DNA from: Lama glama
Lineage: Eukaryota
Assembly: GCA_028534125.1 (NCBI GenBank)
Contig: CM052817.1
Location: 38,194,001-38,258,000, forward strand
Length of the DNA stretch: 64,000 nucleotides
Direction of reading: 5' to 3'
The notes under the pieces were generated by a model. It was given only the letters and a program-made list of their open reading frames with translations. It made no database searches and was not told where the DNA came from. This document shows, piece by piece, positions 38,131 through 50,449 of this stretch (its first letter is position 1; the number at the start of each line of letters is the position of its first letter). The translations under genes and the position numbers were made by a program.

Positions 38131-38332
38131 CTTTACTGTTTTTCTTTACTGTCATTTTTATAAAATAAAAAATAAATTAACTAATTTGGACCACAGATTT
38201 AGTCAAGCAATCCTTCAATTTTTTTTAAACTTCTTTACTATTGTTTCTATAAAATATTTCTTTATTGCTATTCTTTCCTGTTATTTTTATAAAATTAAAA
38301 AAATTAACTCTAATTTGGACCACCTTTTTAGT
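38131..38332. repeat. ~73-bp imperfect direct repeat (38131-38203, 38260-38332) with a partial copy between
   Basis: CTTTA..TTCTTT..TTTTTATAAAAT..AAATTAAC..TAATTTGGACCAC..TTTAGT occurs twice; visible as FYKIK..NLDHxFS twice in ORF 38114-38404. Confidence 0.85.
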
Positions 38333-39952
38333 GCAAACAGTCCTTTCGAAAGTAGAATATATTATGCACGTTGTGAAGGAGACTTTTATTTTAAATCTTG
38401 TTGAGATTCTAAAAAAACATTATAATCTCCCATTTGATGTTGGGGTGGGTTTTTCTTTTTTCTTTTTTCTTTTTTTTTTTTGCAGTTAAAGATAAAATCT
38501 ATTGTTATTAGGTGAATTTTAGGTCCTATTTAAAAGCAATTTTTAATACTAATTTGCCCAAGGAATCCTAAAGATTCAAGATTTGCTGTAAGAGTAGGAC
38601 TCTACTTGTTAATTGCTTCAGGTATATAATGGACTTGTGGGAACTCCGGCCCAACATGCAGTTTATTCACACAGAGATCAGTGTCTTCTGTAACAGAGGC
38701 CAAGAGCTGTGTCTGAGCCATCTTCTTTCCTTTCACTGTGGACCCTTTACTCTGACCCTTTCAGTACAACTTTTTTACATTGTTGGTGGTTGTCAATATG
38801 ATAGACTCTTTTATTTTTTCAAATAAGTAACCTAAAGGTAAATATGAACTTGCTAAGGCTATAGAAGTCAGAGCACATAAAGCTTCAAATTTAAATATTA
38901 AAAATGAGACCTCTCGATTAGTCTGAAGAGCAAGGAGGTGAGAACATTGCACTTTGAAGAATACAGTGCTTTCAGCTACTATGAACATACTAAGCCATCG
39001 TGCCTGGCTCTTTCTGCGTAATTCTGTCAGTAACCAATAAACTGAGCATACGACCTGTCTCCCATGCACGATTAGTCCCTTCACCAGAAGTCCGGTCTGG
39101 AGGACATTTATGCCCTTGAGGCTTTGTGTGCCAGAAAACTAATGAGTAGGTACCGCCGGCTCCCAGGAAGTGCAGGAGACATTCATCTCAAAAGAAGCAG
39201 CAATCAAATCCATTGGGGTCCACAGTTAACAATAATAGGCTGGGCAGAATGAGTGAGTTTAATCTTTGGTTTCCAGCTCATACTGACTGAGAAGGGTCAT
39301 GTATGGTTCTGATCTGGATTTTCAGCGTTTAGAGAGGGAAGGGAACACAACTGCATAAAAGAAATCCAGTTTTTACACAGATCATCCTGTTCTTTTTCCA
39401 CTGAGTCCATCCACATGATTTAATTTTCACACATCACATCAAGTAGGGGAGAAAATGATGGAGAATGATGGTACCAAGACTTATTACTGGATTCCAATAC
39501 ATTAGAAATAATGACGTGCCCTTAAAGAAAGAAGAGTTGAGGACAAGTTTGACACATATATGATGGGAGACTAATGGGACTAATTTATGTTCATTTGGGT
39601 GATGCTGGCTTGCACACATTGACATATGCAGTCTCCTCTAGAAATGTCATGGTGTAACATTCATTTCACTGATGAGGAAATGGATACCACAGGGGTTAGA
39701 GGATTTGCCTAAGAGATATAGCAGGAGCAGGAGTCCCATTTTACCTACCTACTAGTTCTGTGAGTGCTGGACTGCTGCAAAAAAGGACTTGATCAGGATT
39801 TTCCAAAGAGTTCAGTGGAATTCTACCTCTAAGGGATGTTCTCTGGGATGATAAACCATGGCTGCTTGAGGATGAGAACTTGGCACATAATATCTGGCTC
39901 TTCATTGATTCTTATTAGATATTGCTGAGCTAAACCAAACTTTGAGTTTGAA

Positions 39953-40452
39953 NNNNNNNNNNNNNNNNNNNNNNNNNNNNNNNNNNNNNNNNNNNNNNNN
40001 NNNNNNNNNNNNNNNNNNNNNNNNNNNNNNNNNNNNNNNNNNNNNNNNNNNNNNNNNNNNNNNNNNNNNNNNNNNNNNNNNNNNNNNNNNNNNNNNNNNN
40101 NNNNNNNNNNNNNNNNNNNNNNNNNNNNNNNNNNNNNNNNNNNNNNNNNNNNNNNNNNNNNNNNNNNNNNNNNNNNNNNNNNNNNNNNNNNNNNNNNNNN
40201 NNNNNNNNNNNNNNNNNNNNNNNNNNNNNNNNNNNNNNNNNNNNNNNNNNNNNNNNNNNNNNNNNNNNNNNNNNNNNNNNNNNNNNNNNNNNNNNNNNNN
40301 NNNNNNNNNNNNNNNNNNNNNNNNNNNNNNNNNNNNNNNNNNNNNNNNNNNNNNNNNNNNNNNNNNNNNNNNNNNNNNNNNNNNNNNNNNNNNNNNNNNN
40401 NNNNNNNNNNNNNNNNNNNNNNNNNNNNNNNNNNNNNNNNNNNNNNNNNNNN
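39953..40452. other. Assembly gap (500 N)
   Basis: Run of exactly 500 N. Confidence 1.
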
Positions 40453-41544
40453 TTTGCTTCATCAAATGAGGTGAGCCACATACCGACTGAAGGTCAACAT
40501 GATGTCGAGCGCAGCAAAGTTCACACTTCAGAGTCACTAGTGGGTCCTCAAATCACTGCAATAACTCCCTAGCCTCACTGTCATCACCTTTCCACGAGAT
40601 GGAAGTTTCTACTGGTGGCATCTGCCATTTGCAAAAGATTAAACTCATCCATTTTAAATATTATAGGAAATTTTCTGCCAGGAGGCTATCCAGAAATGGG
40701 GCTCCCACAATCCAGTCTCTCACAGAACTTTCCAGATTCTTCTGGCCAGTGCAGTGCAGTGTCTGGAATTTCACACGTGCTGACCAATGCAACATACTGC
40801 CAGCTCTTTTCTAGCCACCCTGACCTGCTAACGTCACTTCCCACAACTGCAGGATACAGGCCAAATCTCCCTGTAAATACACTTGCCTACAGAAGAGGTG
40901 CAGAGAGGGCTAGTAAGGGGAGACGACACGTCTTGCATTTTTTATTTGGATTCTTGCTGCACTTCCATTAGGGAAATCCTAATTATATTCACTGCTATCT
41001 TAGCTGAGTATCTCAGGGACACAGGCATCTTGGTTTTCCAGCCGGCTTCTGACATACAGTCCCATCTTTCGGCTTTTACTCCTGCCTTTACTCCTTCTTT
41101 GTTGTTGTTGCCTGAAGTGCTCTCTCCTTCTGTATCGCAAACCACATCACATATCTTCTTTTCCAAACAGTGCTCAAGAGTAACCTCCACGGAGATTTTT
41201 CAGCCTTAACTCTTCAATTACAAATTGTTAAGCTGCCCTCTTAGCGTCTGTGAGAGGTCTCTACAGCTCTCGTTGGCTAGATGTAGATTTATTTGCAGCT
41301 ACTTTGGGCTGTATTTTTGTCCCTATCCTCTATTAGGAATTCTCAAAGAGTAAAAAAAGCCTGCCTCGAGGCAGATCCTTCAGGTCAGTTCAAGATGGTT
41401 ACAAGAGTGTTGAAACGTGAACGATTAGTGCAAGGTTTACAGGGTTAATCTGCATATATCCTGCATAGCCAATGGTGTGCAGACGGACACGCCGTCTATG
41501 ACAATGAAAGGGGCCATCAGCTCAGCTATTTCCACTCTTAGTCT

Positions 41545-41790
41545 GTCAGAGGAACGCAGGGCTTGGAGTCAGAAAAGCTGAGTTCCAATCCTTGCTGTCT
41601 CTGCACTTACTAGCTTTGTGATTTTTGAGTCATGTACGGTCTCAGATGAGATTCAGCATTTTAATCTGTAGATTGTACAGAATAACATTTGCTATGGCAA
41701 CTTTTAAAGGGAGGTTGACGTAGATCATGTATATATGCATTTACTTAGTACAATGTAAAGGAGGATATTTTTGTTACGATCATATTATTT
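41545..41790 (+). mobile_element. MIR SINE
   Basis: GGGCTTGGAGTCAGAAAAGCTGAGTTCCAATCC..CACTTACTAGCTTTGTGA..ATCTGTAGA. Confidence 0.75.
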
Positions 41791-42035
41791 TGGTAAGATC
41801 AATACTACTTTTACAACCATATATTAAAGAGATTTTTTATTGTTCTGGGATAAGTGACACTGAGACACAACTGATACAATAGTCAAAAAGATGAGTACAC
41901 CTTTGACAGCGGAAGATAAATATTCTTAGTTTAATACTGAGAGGAGTGTTCAGTAAGACTAGTTGAATTTGCCTGCTTAATCCCTTTCCATTAGTCTGGT
42001 GGTCACAGACGTAAAGCCTACCACTTCTGCTAGAG

Positions 42036-42184
42036 CAGTGGTTCTCAAAGCGTGATCACAGGCCTCGCAGCACCAACAGCATCCAGGAACGGTCTTAGAA
42101 ATGCAAGTTATGGGGCTCTACCCCAGACACACTGAACTGGCTTTCCAGGTGGTTCCGATAAATGCTGAAGATTGAGAACCATGG
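42036..42184 (+). mobile_element. MER5A DNA transposon, internally deleted
   Basis: Terminal inverted repeats CAGTGGTTCTCAAA / TTGAGAACCATGG, internal TTAGAAATGCAAG..ACCCCAGACACACTGAA; left flank CTAGAG is a hAT-type target. Confidence 0.85.
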
Positions 42185-44729
42185 TCCTGGTCGGTAGACT
42201 AGGGTTTTAGTCCAGTTGCCACTAACTTGTCAGGGAAGCTTGGGGGCCAGGCTAGGATAAGACATGAGATTCTTCTGTGCATTAACAACAACTCATTTTT
42301 TTCAGATTTTCTGTCAATGCAGATTTCTTGTGATATTATTTCCGTTAAACGTAAGCTAGGCAACAAAATGTGACCCTGTAAAAACCTTCATAAATCTTTT
42401 TCATAAAAGTAAATTCGCATATTTTTTTTAAAAAGAGCATTGCTGGATCAGGGAACTAAATTTGAGGGTTCTGAAAACACGGCTCCTGCAGGTACAAGGG
42501 AAAAGTCTCTTACTTCAGGTGACTTAGTGCACTAAACCAAGTTTAGCCATCGACTCTAGAGTGACTCACGGCCATGCTTAGATGTCCCTGCTTATATAGT
42601 GAAATAGTTGAACTAAAATGCTCTCTAAGCACTTTTCCACCTCTCCTTGTCTGAACTGGAGCCTTCCTCTTTCTTTCTCTTTTACTCACATCCTGAAAAC
42701 TGCATTCTCAGAGTAGAACAGAAGGCATAAAAGAAAGGCCAGAGAGAGAAACAGGGAAGTTCCATTTCCCACACCATGAAGTAATTGAAATAAAATCATG
42801 AAGGTAACTGAAAATTCAGCTGTGCAATGAATACGAAACAGCACCAAATTTTAAGAACTATACAATACGTTGTGATCACCGTTTAAAAGAAGCCGCATAC
42901 AGGTGAGAGGGGTGCCTTGTGGGCTTTCAGTATCGTTATGAAGGAGAATGAAGAACTGCCCCAAATAAAGACAGTACAAGTGCAAGTCCACAGCAGGGAA
43001 TCTTCAAACCTGACCACTAACAGGAGGTAGAACTTAAGCAAAAGGAAGGGCAGGAGTCAACACAGCTGCTACAGACTGAACATGCTCCCTGAATAAGCTC
43101 ATCTTTATCTTATTAAAAGAAAACCTCTTCTCTAGCTTCTTCTATCAAAAACACACCACAGCCACTGGCAAGCTTCACAGAGATGAAACTCACACTCCTC
43201 TGAGTCCAGAAAGGAGAACTGAACTAAATGTCTACAAAAAACACAGTGCCTTAGAGAAAGGATGACATAAATTCAATGTATGATTAAAGATAGCATGCTA
43301 TTACACCACTGTGGTTGCAGAACATCAAAACACTAGACGTGAAGAAAACAAGCACTCAGTAGGGGAGATATTTAATTGTACAAAGAGGGACAGCAGGCCT
43401 CTGAATGCTCAAATTTGGTATTTTCCATTTCCACTTTCCAAATGTCTTTAAATAAAGTTTCCCCTCAACCCTCATCCTGACTGAGACTGAGCCATGAATG
43501 TTTCCTTGCCATGGAGATATCCACACAGCCAGCTTCTTCCTGGGCCACCAGAGACAGACTGGAACCAGAAGTCTGCCTCTGTTTTCTTGGCACCAAAACT
43601 CACTGCTATGACAGATGGGTCAGCTGACTGGGTAGTTAAGCTCTGTCTGCAATACTTTTGATACAGAGAAATACTTAGGCTGGGGATGCAAAAGATTCCA
43701 CCTAACTCACTGGCTCGATCAGTCTCTGCAACTCTCATGAAGGGTGGGCTGGGTGGGCTGGGTCAGGGGAGACACTGAAGGACGGTCACTCCCATTTGGC
43801 GTTTCCATTGTGACATCTGTGTCCGTCCTATGCCATGACTGGAACAAAGTCATGAAGTCCCAGAGAGCTGAGAAACCATGTGCACACTCCTAAAGAAGGC
43901 TGGGCTGGAAGGAAGCACAAGTCAAAGGAAATTCACAAACAAGGGAGGTTTGTAGCCAGAAATGAAAGGTCTCATCTTGCCACCACCCGGCTTAACTAAA
44001 CATCTTCTCTCCCTACTTCATTCCTTCTCCGCTCAGATTTTCTCCTGGTGCTCATTCTCTTTATGCACAAGGCTAAGTATTTTTAAGAGAAATTCAACCC
44101 ACATAGTTTAGGATTCACTTATATACAGAAAACACATCAGAATAGCAACAGAAGGGCTCTTAAGGTGCAAAACCTTTCCCAAGCCTGTTTCCTCATTAGG
44201 AATGTGTTGTGTTCTGATTAAACTCATTAATCTTTTCATAGGTTACAGTTTCACCAAAAAGCTTGGGTTTCAAAAGGACGGAATAAGTTAAAAGTTGGTA
44301 ACTCTGCTCCATAAATGGGGAAAAAGCACTTACCTCAGATCTTGGGTCTTTTGAGGTTTCTCTAAGAAAAATCTTAGTGATTTCTCTGCACTTGTTCAGT
44401 GGTATATGCGGCACATTCTGCCTTTCAGTAGCGGCCCCAGCAGGCAGTCATTTTTACGGGCAATCCTCGTATTCAACAATAACTTCCCAACCTCAGAAGT
44501 CAGCACAAGAAAAGTTCTACAGAAAGCTCTGCTTTCAACTACATAAATGTACTAGAGCAGGGAAACAGTGTTTTTGAAGACTCCAGAAGAAAAAGAAGTG
44601 CCTTCTTAACAGAAATAGATGCCCTGTACTCACAGACCCAACATAAAAGGCTGCATCCAAACCTCTGTTTATATACAGCTCCCAGCTTCCTCATCCACCA
44701 GCTCAGCTGGGTCATTTCTATTCACATTC

Positions 44730-45740
44730 ATTTGCTTACTCATATTTTCATTTGACAAATACTAATTTCACCACCTACCCAGAGACAAGTTACTGGAATA
44801 CGGAAATGTAAATATCATTTTTAATTTCTTGGAAGGAAAGATAGAAACAATCTATCATATGATAATATTTTTAATGGACCTACGGACAAAATATAGAGGG
44901 AATACAGGAAACAAACCATTTAATTCTTGCTAGGAAGGGCAGAAGGGCTTAGGGAAAGCAAAGCTAGAAAGACAGGTAAGATGATTCAAGGAAAGGGTAG
45001 TGTAGCCAGAAGGAATGTCAATGCAAAGGCCCTGAGGCAGAAGAGGAAAATGTGTTCCTCAAAATAAAAGGAGTTCAGTATTGATGAAGCAAAAATATAA
45101 AGTGTCACCTAAAAATGTCCAAGGCAGAGCACAAATAATGAAGGGCTCTGTATGCCATACAAAGAAATTCAGATTTTATTTTGTAGGACAGTTGTTGGAT
45201 ATGACCTAGAGATCCTTTTCCAAACACACGCCTGGGCTCTAACTCAAGAGATTCTAATTTCATAGATGTTAGATGAAGCCTTTCATCTACATTTTCTTAA
45301 ACATTCACAGATCACGTTGCATGTCCCTCTTTTATAACTGCTTTAGGTCCTAGGAGCTACTAAAGGATTATGAGCATAGGAAAGCCATGATATGCTTGAG
45401 CGTTGGTAGGTCCCTTTGTGGGGAATGTGGGGGAAATTTTGCAAATGATACAGAGAGATTCCAGGCAAGGAATGGTTTGAGAGGCAATGCAAACTTTCAG
45501 GCAAGAATGAATTAAGTCCTGAGTTTGGATGTGGCAGGAGGTAAGGCAAGCAGATTTGAAAGAAATGATCGGGGTTAGGTCACTAGGAATTGATGACCTA
45601 AAATTACACTCTCCCTACTTTCTGCTTTGGTGACGCCATTCTTCAAGAAAGGAGACACGGAGTGGAAGAGAGGAAGAGGAAGTGAGTTCAAGTTCTCATT
45701 TGCTGAGCTGATTGTGTTCAGAATGTAAATTATGTAGGAG
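44730..45740 (-). mobile_element. L2 fragment interrupted at ~45190-45345 by a MER5-like relic
   Basis: ATGCAAAGGCCCTGAGGCAG, TGAAGGGCTCTGTATGCCATACAAAGAAATTCAGATTTTAT are antisense L2; CCTGGGCTCTAACTCAAGAGATTCTAATT is MER5-like. Confidence 0.6.
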
Positions 45741-45799
45741 ACTGAGAAGGTATTGATTTAATATTCCCTAGCACTTTCTCCTCTGTTTGCAAAGTTGGC

Positions 45800-45907
45800 G
45801 ATTTGGGAGTGGTTTTATTTGAGTTGGCTAACACAGCACTTATTAAGATTTCACAATCCCAAACACTATGGGCAAGCTGCAATTCTAACAATTTATGTCA
45901 AGTAAAT
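45800..45907 (+). repeat. 108-bp dispersed duplication, copy 1
   Basis: Aligns to 46701-46807 with about 15 differences over 108 positions (hand count). Confidence 0.95.
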
Positions 45908-46559
45908 GTCAAATAGAACCACTCTACCCTCCTCTAAAGGTTGGGAGGATACTAGGTAGGCAACCTCAGAGAATTTTCCCCACCTCCCAATCTTCTGCCC
46001 TACCTCTGCTGGAACAGCTGGGCACCATGGTCCACATTCAGCTTCTTTATGCATCCAAACAAACTCAGCAGTTTACTGGATAAAAAAGTGGCTGAGTCAC
46101 ACAATATTTAAGTAGGAGAAATTGTTCTTGGGATAGAATCAGATTTGCAGTCACCTCATTCCAACACAGACAAAAATTGCTTTCCACAGCTTCATATTCC
46201 TCCCCTCCTTCTGCTTTTCCTGGCCCCCTGCCAAGAGTCAGTGCTCTGGGGATGTGCACTGAAGCCCCAGTAAAGGGTGTTGACACATTTTCCTATGTAA
46301 GTGAAGAATCTCGCTTGCCAACATCCTGCGCTTATTTTTTCTGAATTATTTAAAAGGTCTACATATTTGATTGTGTTTTTTGTTGCAATTTTGTCTGCAG
46401 GAGGAGATGCAAGAAACCATTTTTCTATCACTCTTCTGTGGAAAGTCCAGTCCACTAAAATAAATGATTAGATTGAAACGTCTCATGAACATATAGAAAC
46501 CTATGTTCCGTACGTCTGAAAGCACAGGGCCAAGGCCATCCACCTTTTTATCTTTTAAT

Positions 46560-46690
46560 CCAGATTTATATATCTCTATATCTATCTATCTAGAGTGTAT
46601 ATATAATGTAATATATACTATTATATATGTATATATACATGTATATATAAAAATAACACATAATATATATGTTCTATGTATATATATTTG
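46560..46690. repeat. (TA)n-type low-complexity tract
   Basis: TATATCTCTATATCTATC..TATATATGTATATATACATGTATATATA; a similar tract resumes at 46808-46860. Confidence 0.85.
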
Positions 46691-46700
46691 CAGTGTCAGT

Positions 46701-46807
46701 GATTTGGGAGTGGTTTTATTTAAATTGGCTAAGGAGCACTTATCAAGATTTTACAGTTCCACACATCATGGGAAAGTTGCAATTCTAACAAGTTATGTCA
46801 AGTAAAT
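46701..46807 (+). repeat. 108-bp dispersed duplication, copy 2
   Basis: GATTTGGGAGTGGTTTTATTT..GCAATTCTAACAA.TTATGTCAAGTAAAT shared with 45800-45907. Confidence 0.95.
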
Positions 46808-47439
46808 TACATACATGCATACGTACACATATATTACATATATTACATACATATAATTTTTGTATTGGTAGTCATTTCTTCTCTTTCTTGTGGCACTGCC
46901 TCCTACCAAACACTGCCTCTGTGCCTCTCTGTCCAGCTTCCTCTTCTCACATGATTCAAAATGTAGCAAAATGTAAAGTGTGACTATCCCAGAGAGGTTA
47001 GGGTGGGCTTGCTTACCTGTGGTCATACTCCATCCTCCAAATAACATGTTATGAATTTTTAACTAGATGTGCTGTTGACAGTATGGACCCGAAATCTAAA
47101 TCAGGTGAAACATCTGGTTAGGGTCAGATCTCCTCAGATAATTAAAATCATGTTGTTTCTCTAGGCAACGTGCCTTGAAAGCGAAGACTACATTTTGAGG
47201 CAGTTCTCCCTGTGTGCCAGTGTAACAGGTGGATTTTGGAGGCTCAACATTCCTAAATCACCTCCCAGTGGTGAACTGGAAGGACGGTCACTGAGCCAGA
47301 AGCTGTGACCACCAAGCTTTCCAGAGTGAATCCTGTCACTTGGTGATGAAATGGCTGCTAAGAGAATCACAGGAAAGACATGATACAAATGCAATGCTAG
47401 AAATCCTTCCACTGCACAAAATCTAGGATCTGTCCCCTC

Positions 47440-48057
47440 TGAGCTCTCACCTGGGTTCAGACCATGACATCCCTCTCCTTGATTACTTCACAGCCTTCTA
47501 ACTAACGGCCTTTACTTTGGTCTTCCCTCCTCCCTTCTCTTCTCCAAAACTAGAGCCAAAGTAATCCTTCTGATGTGTACATCCAACACTTTAGCTTTCA
47601 GGTTAAAACCCCACATTGTTCTCTGGATCAGTTTCCAGTTCTTTAACGTGGATTGCATCACAGGGAAGGACCATGTCCCTACACCCACAGGGTTATTTCC
47701 TCAAACTCAGACAAAGCAATATATGCAAAATCCCAGGCCCTTTGCACAGACTCACCCCTTCTCTCTTTTCCAGCCAACTCTTACTCATTGTTTGATCTCA
47801 GATTAGAGGTTATTTCTTCTGGGAAGATGCCTTTATTCCCTTCCATGTGCCATGATCATAACTTGTACTTGTCTGCATTTATATAGCATTTTACAAATGC
47901 ATTGCAATTGTCTATCAATTTCCCTGCTCTCTTTCATTTTCCCCATCAGCTCTTTGTGGGTAGAGTCTGTCTCATTTTCCAAGTAGCCCCTGTAGCCAGC
48001 TCAGTGCCTGCACATGGTAACTCCTGAGTTACCAGTTGGGGCACAGATGAACGAACG
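47440..48057 (+). mobile_element. L2 3' fragment
   Basis: CACAGCCTTCTAACT, AGCCAAAGTAATCCTTCT, CAGGCCCTTTGCACA, TCTTCTGGGAAG, AGCTCAGTGCCTGCACATGGTAA. Confidence 0.7.
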
Positions 48058-50449
48058 CAGTAAAACCGTACAGTTTTCTGTTTTGTTTTAATGGTCTTTG
48101 ATCTGATGATGGAGAAAATTACAAATTACAAGTCTGGCGAAAGACTATGAACAAATTATTCAGGTAGGCCAACAAAAACACGGAGGAGAAAATGGACCAA
48201 GCATACTTTAATAACAGACTTATTATACTCTAAATCCTTTCTTTTCACCATTGGGCTGTCAAGGAATACTACAAGAAGGGAAACCAAGAGAGCATGCCAA
48301 CTAGCATCGACGCAAGCCTCTAGAAGTGGAACTCTTCCACATTTAAAAGATCTTTAGGATTGATCTTACTCCACCACTTAAGGAAACCTTTGTATTTGTT
48401 CAGAAAACAAGTCAATAAGTGATTTAAGAAACTCTTTTCTGTCTTTCTAGTAGGTTTCTAATTTATCTTTCATGGTAACTTTTGATTCTTTAGGACAATG
48501 AATACAGAAGAACACAAATACTAGCTTACTTCTGCAGAATTCAACAAGATGATTTATGGATGTCAGGAGAAAATAAACGGCAGAGCTAGGCAGAGCCTGT
48601 ATTTGATAAATTAAATCAAACTCTCATGTACCTTGTAGTTTCTACAAGTCTAGAGTAACAACAGAAAGGAAGACCGCGCGATGGCTTGATTAGCGAGCTG
48701 TAATAGATGAGTGCCCCTGGGCTATTTCCCTTTGGCCACCAAAGAAAAGGTCAAACCATGAGTCTGGAAATTGGGTTGCTCTGCTCCTTCCCTGGTTCTT
48801 CAGAAAGATTCATTCCCTAATTATTCATTTTCAGTTAACTGTACTACTTTCCTTCTTTGCTATTAACCAGTTACAGTCTGTATTTCATATTTCTGACATT
48901 ATCTATTCAGTCTATTCAGTTTCAGAAAGATGCAACCACACATCAATTTGGTTATAAAACATATTTACAGCAAGATCCATGCATGTCCCTAACGACTTTT
49001 CTAGGTTTCCAACATGCATCAATCATCCTGATCAAATGTCCGAATTTAGACATCTTAGTAAGAATGCTACATGCATCATAGCATTCGTCTATGACTGCTT
49101 CTACTTCTGAAGTCTTAATAAAAGTGGTATAAGTGAAGATGAATCGAAACTCTCAAAATACCAAAGGGACTAGAAATTGAAACTCATAAAATAACAGAGA
49201 AAATTATGTCTAACAACAGCTTTCTAACGAATCCTCATGTACAGATTTTCTTTTAAATCGATCCAGCCAAGTCCCCTCCCTTTGCTGAGTCTTGTCATTT
49301 CACACCTGCAGCCCTGGACATCTGGGTTATTAAAACCAGTACCTGTGAATTAATTATTCTGGCTGTTTTACTTACATGGAAGAGAAGCAGCATTTTTAAA
49401 GCTACTTTAACACAGTGTTTCAAGAGAAAAATGGACATTTTAGAAATTAAAAAGTGAGAACTACTGAGCAGTGCTAACCAAAGTGTGAGAATTAATTCAG
49501 TCACCAGCATCTACGTTTCCCTTGCTTCATGGCCGATGGGCAAGTCTAAGGTATTTACTGACTGGCTTCTTCGTCTGGAGAAAGGAATGCATGTGGGGAA
49601 AAAATGAGAGGGATAGTCACAGCTAAGTTAATTATGAAATTCAATTTTAGGCACTCAGCTGCAAAGTTAAAAGACTTTAAAATCTTAGGCTAAGCAGATT
49701 GCATTTTTTCCACATAACCCACCAAGGCTGGCTGAGAAGTAATAAGGCCAATTTCCTCTAGCAACAAGTCACACTGCCCTTGTAGCTGCCTGCTCGGCTG
49801 CAAGCATTCTGACCTTAAAGGAAAAAAGAAGCTATTTTGAAGGACTAATATGTGAAAAGAAACCAATTATTTTTAGGGATAGCCTCAAAAGACTATCTTC
49901 TAAGCTATCAGAAATTCTGCTTAGAGAAGTGTGTGGTACTAGCCCTGGATCCAAAATAGGAAAAGGCATAAAAGAGAAAGATCCTTAAGATAATCTCTCT
50001 TTTTACAGAGTCCTTCTAGCATGAAGATTTCCTTTTCATAAAAATCAGATTGAGTAAGGGGATGAAAGAACTGTAATGTATTAGGCAACATTAATTATAA
50101 CCCTTGTTGTACTTCAGCTAGAAAACATGTTTATCAGATAATGAGACAGAATGTTTAATTTATCTAATATGTAATATATCTGATACATCACTTCAAATAA
50201 TGTTACAGAATTTGCAGAGAGAAAATTAATATGACGCAAAACCAGTCATGATTTCCTTATGCACCTGAAATACTGGAAACTATATCCAGCCTTGTCTCAA
50301 ACACAGGCATAGTTCGAGACACTATTTCTATTCTACAGGAATTTAATTTCTAAAGAAACCATTTAAAAATAATTTAAAATCAGATAAATTTTCATTTCAT
50401 TTTTATTTTATGACACTGTAATATTTGAAATCGGCCTCATGAAAATCTA

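Noticed and set aside
39902..40537. Long ORFs of 175-211 aa
   Set aside because: They run through the second N gap.
48015..48034. 9-bp-arm inverted repeat TGGTAACTC-CT-GAGTTACCA
   Set aside because: A few such dyads are expected by chance in 64 kb, and it lies in an L2 tail.
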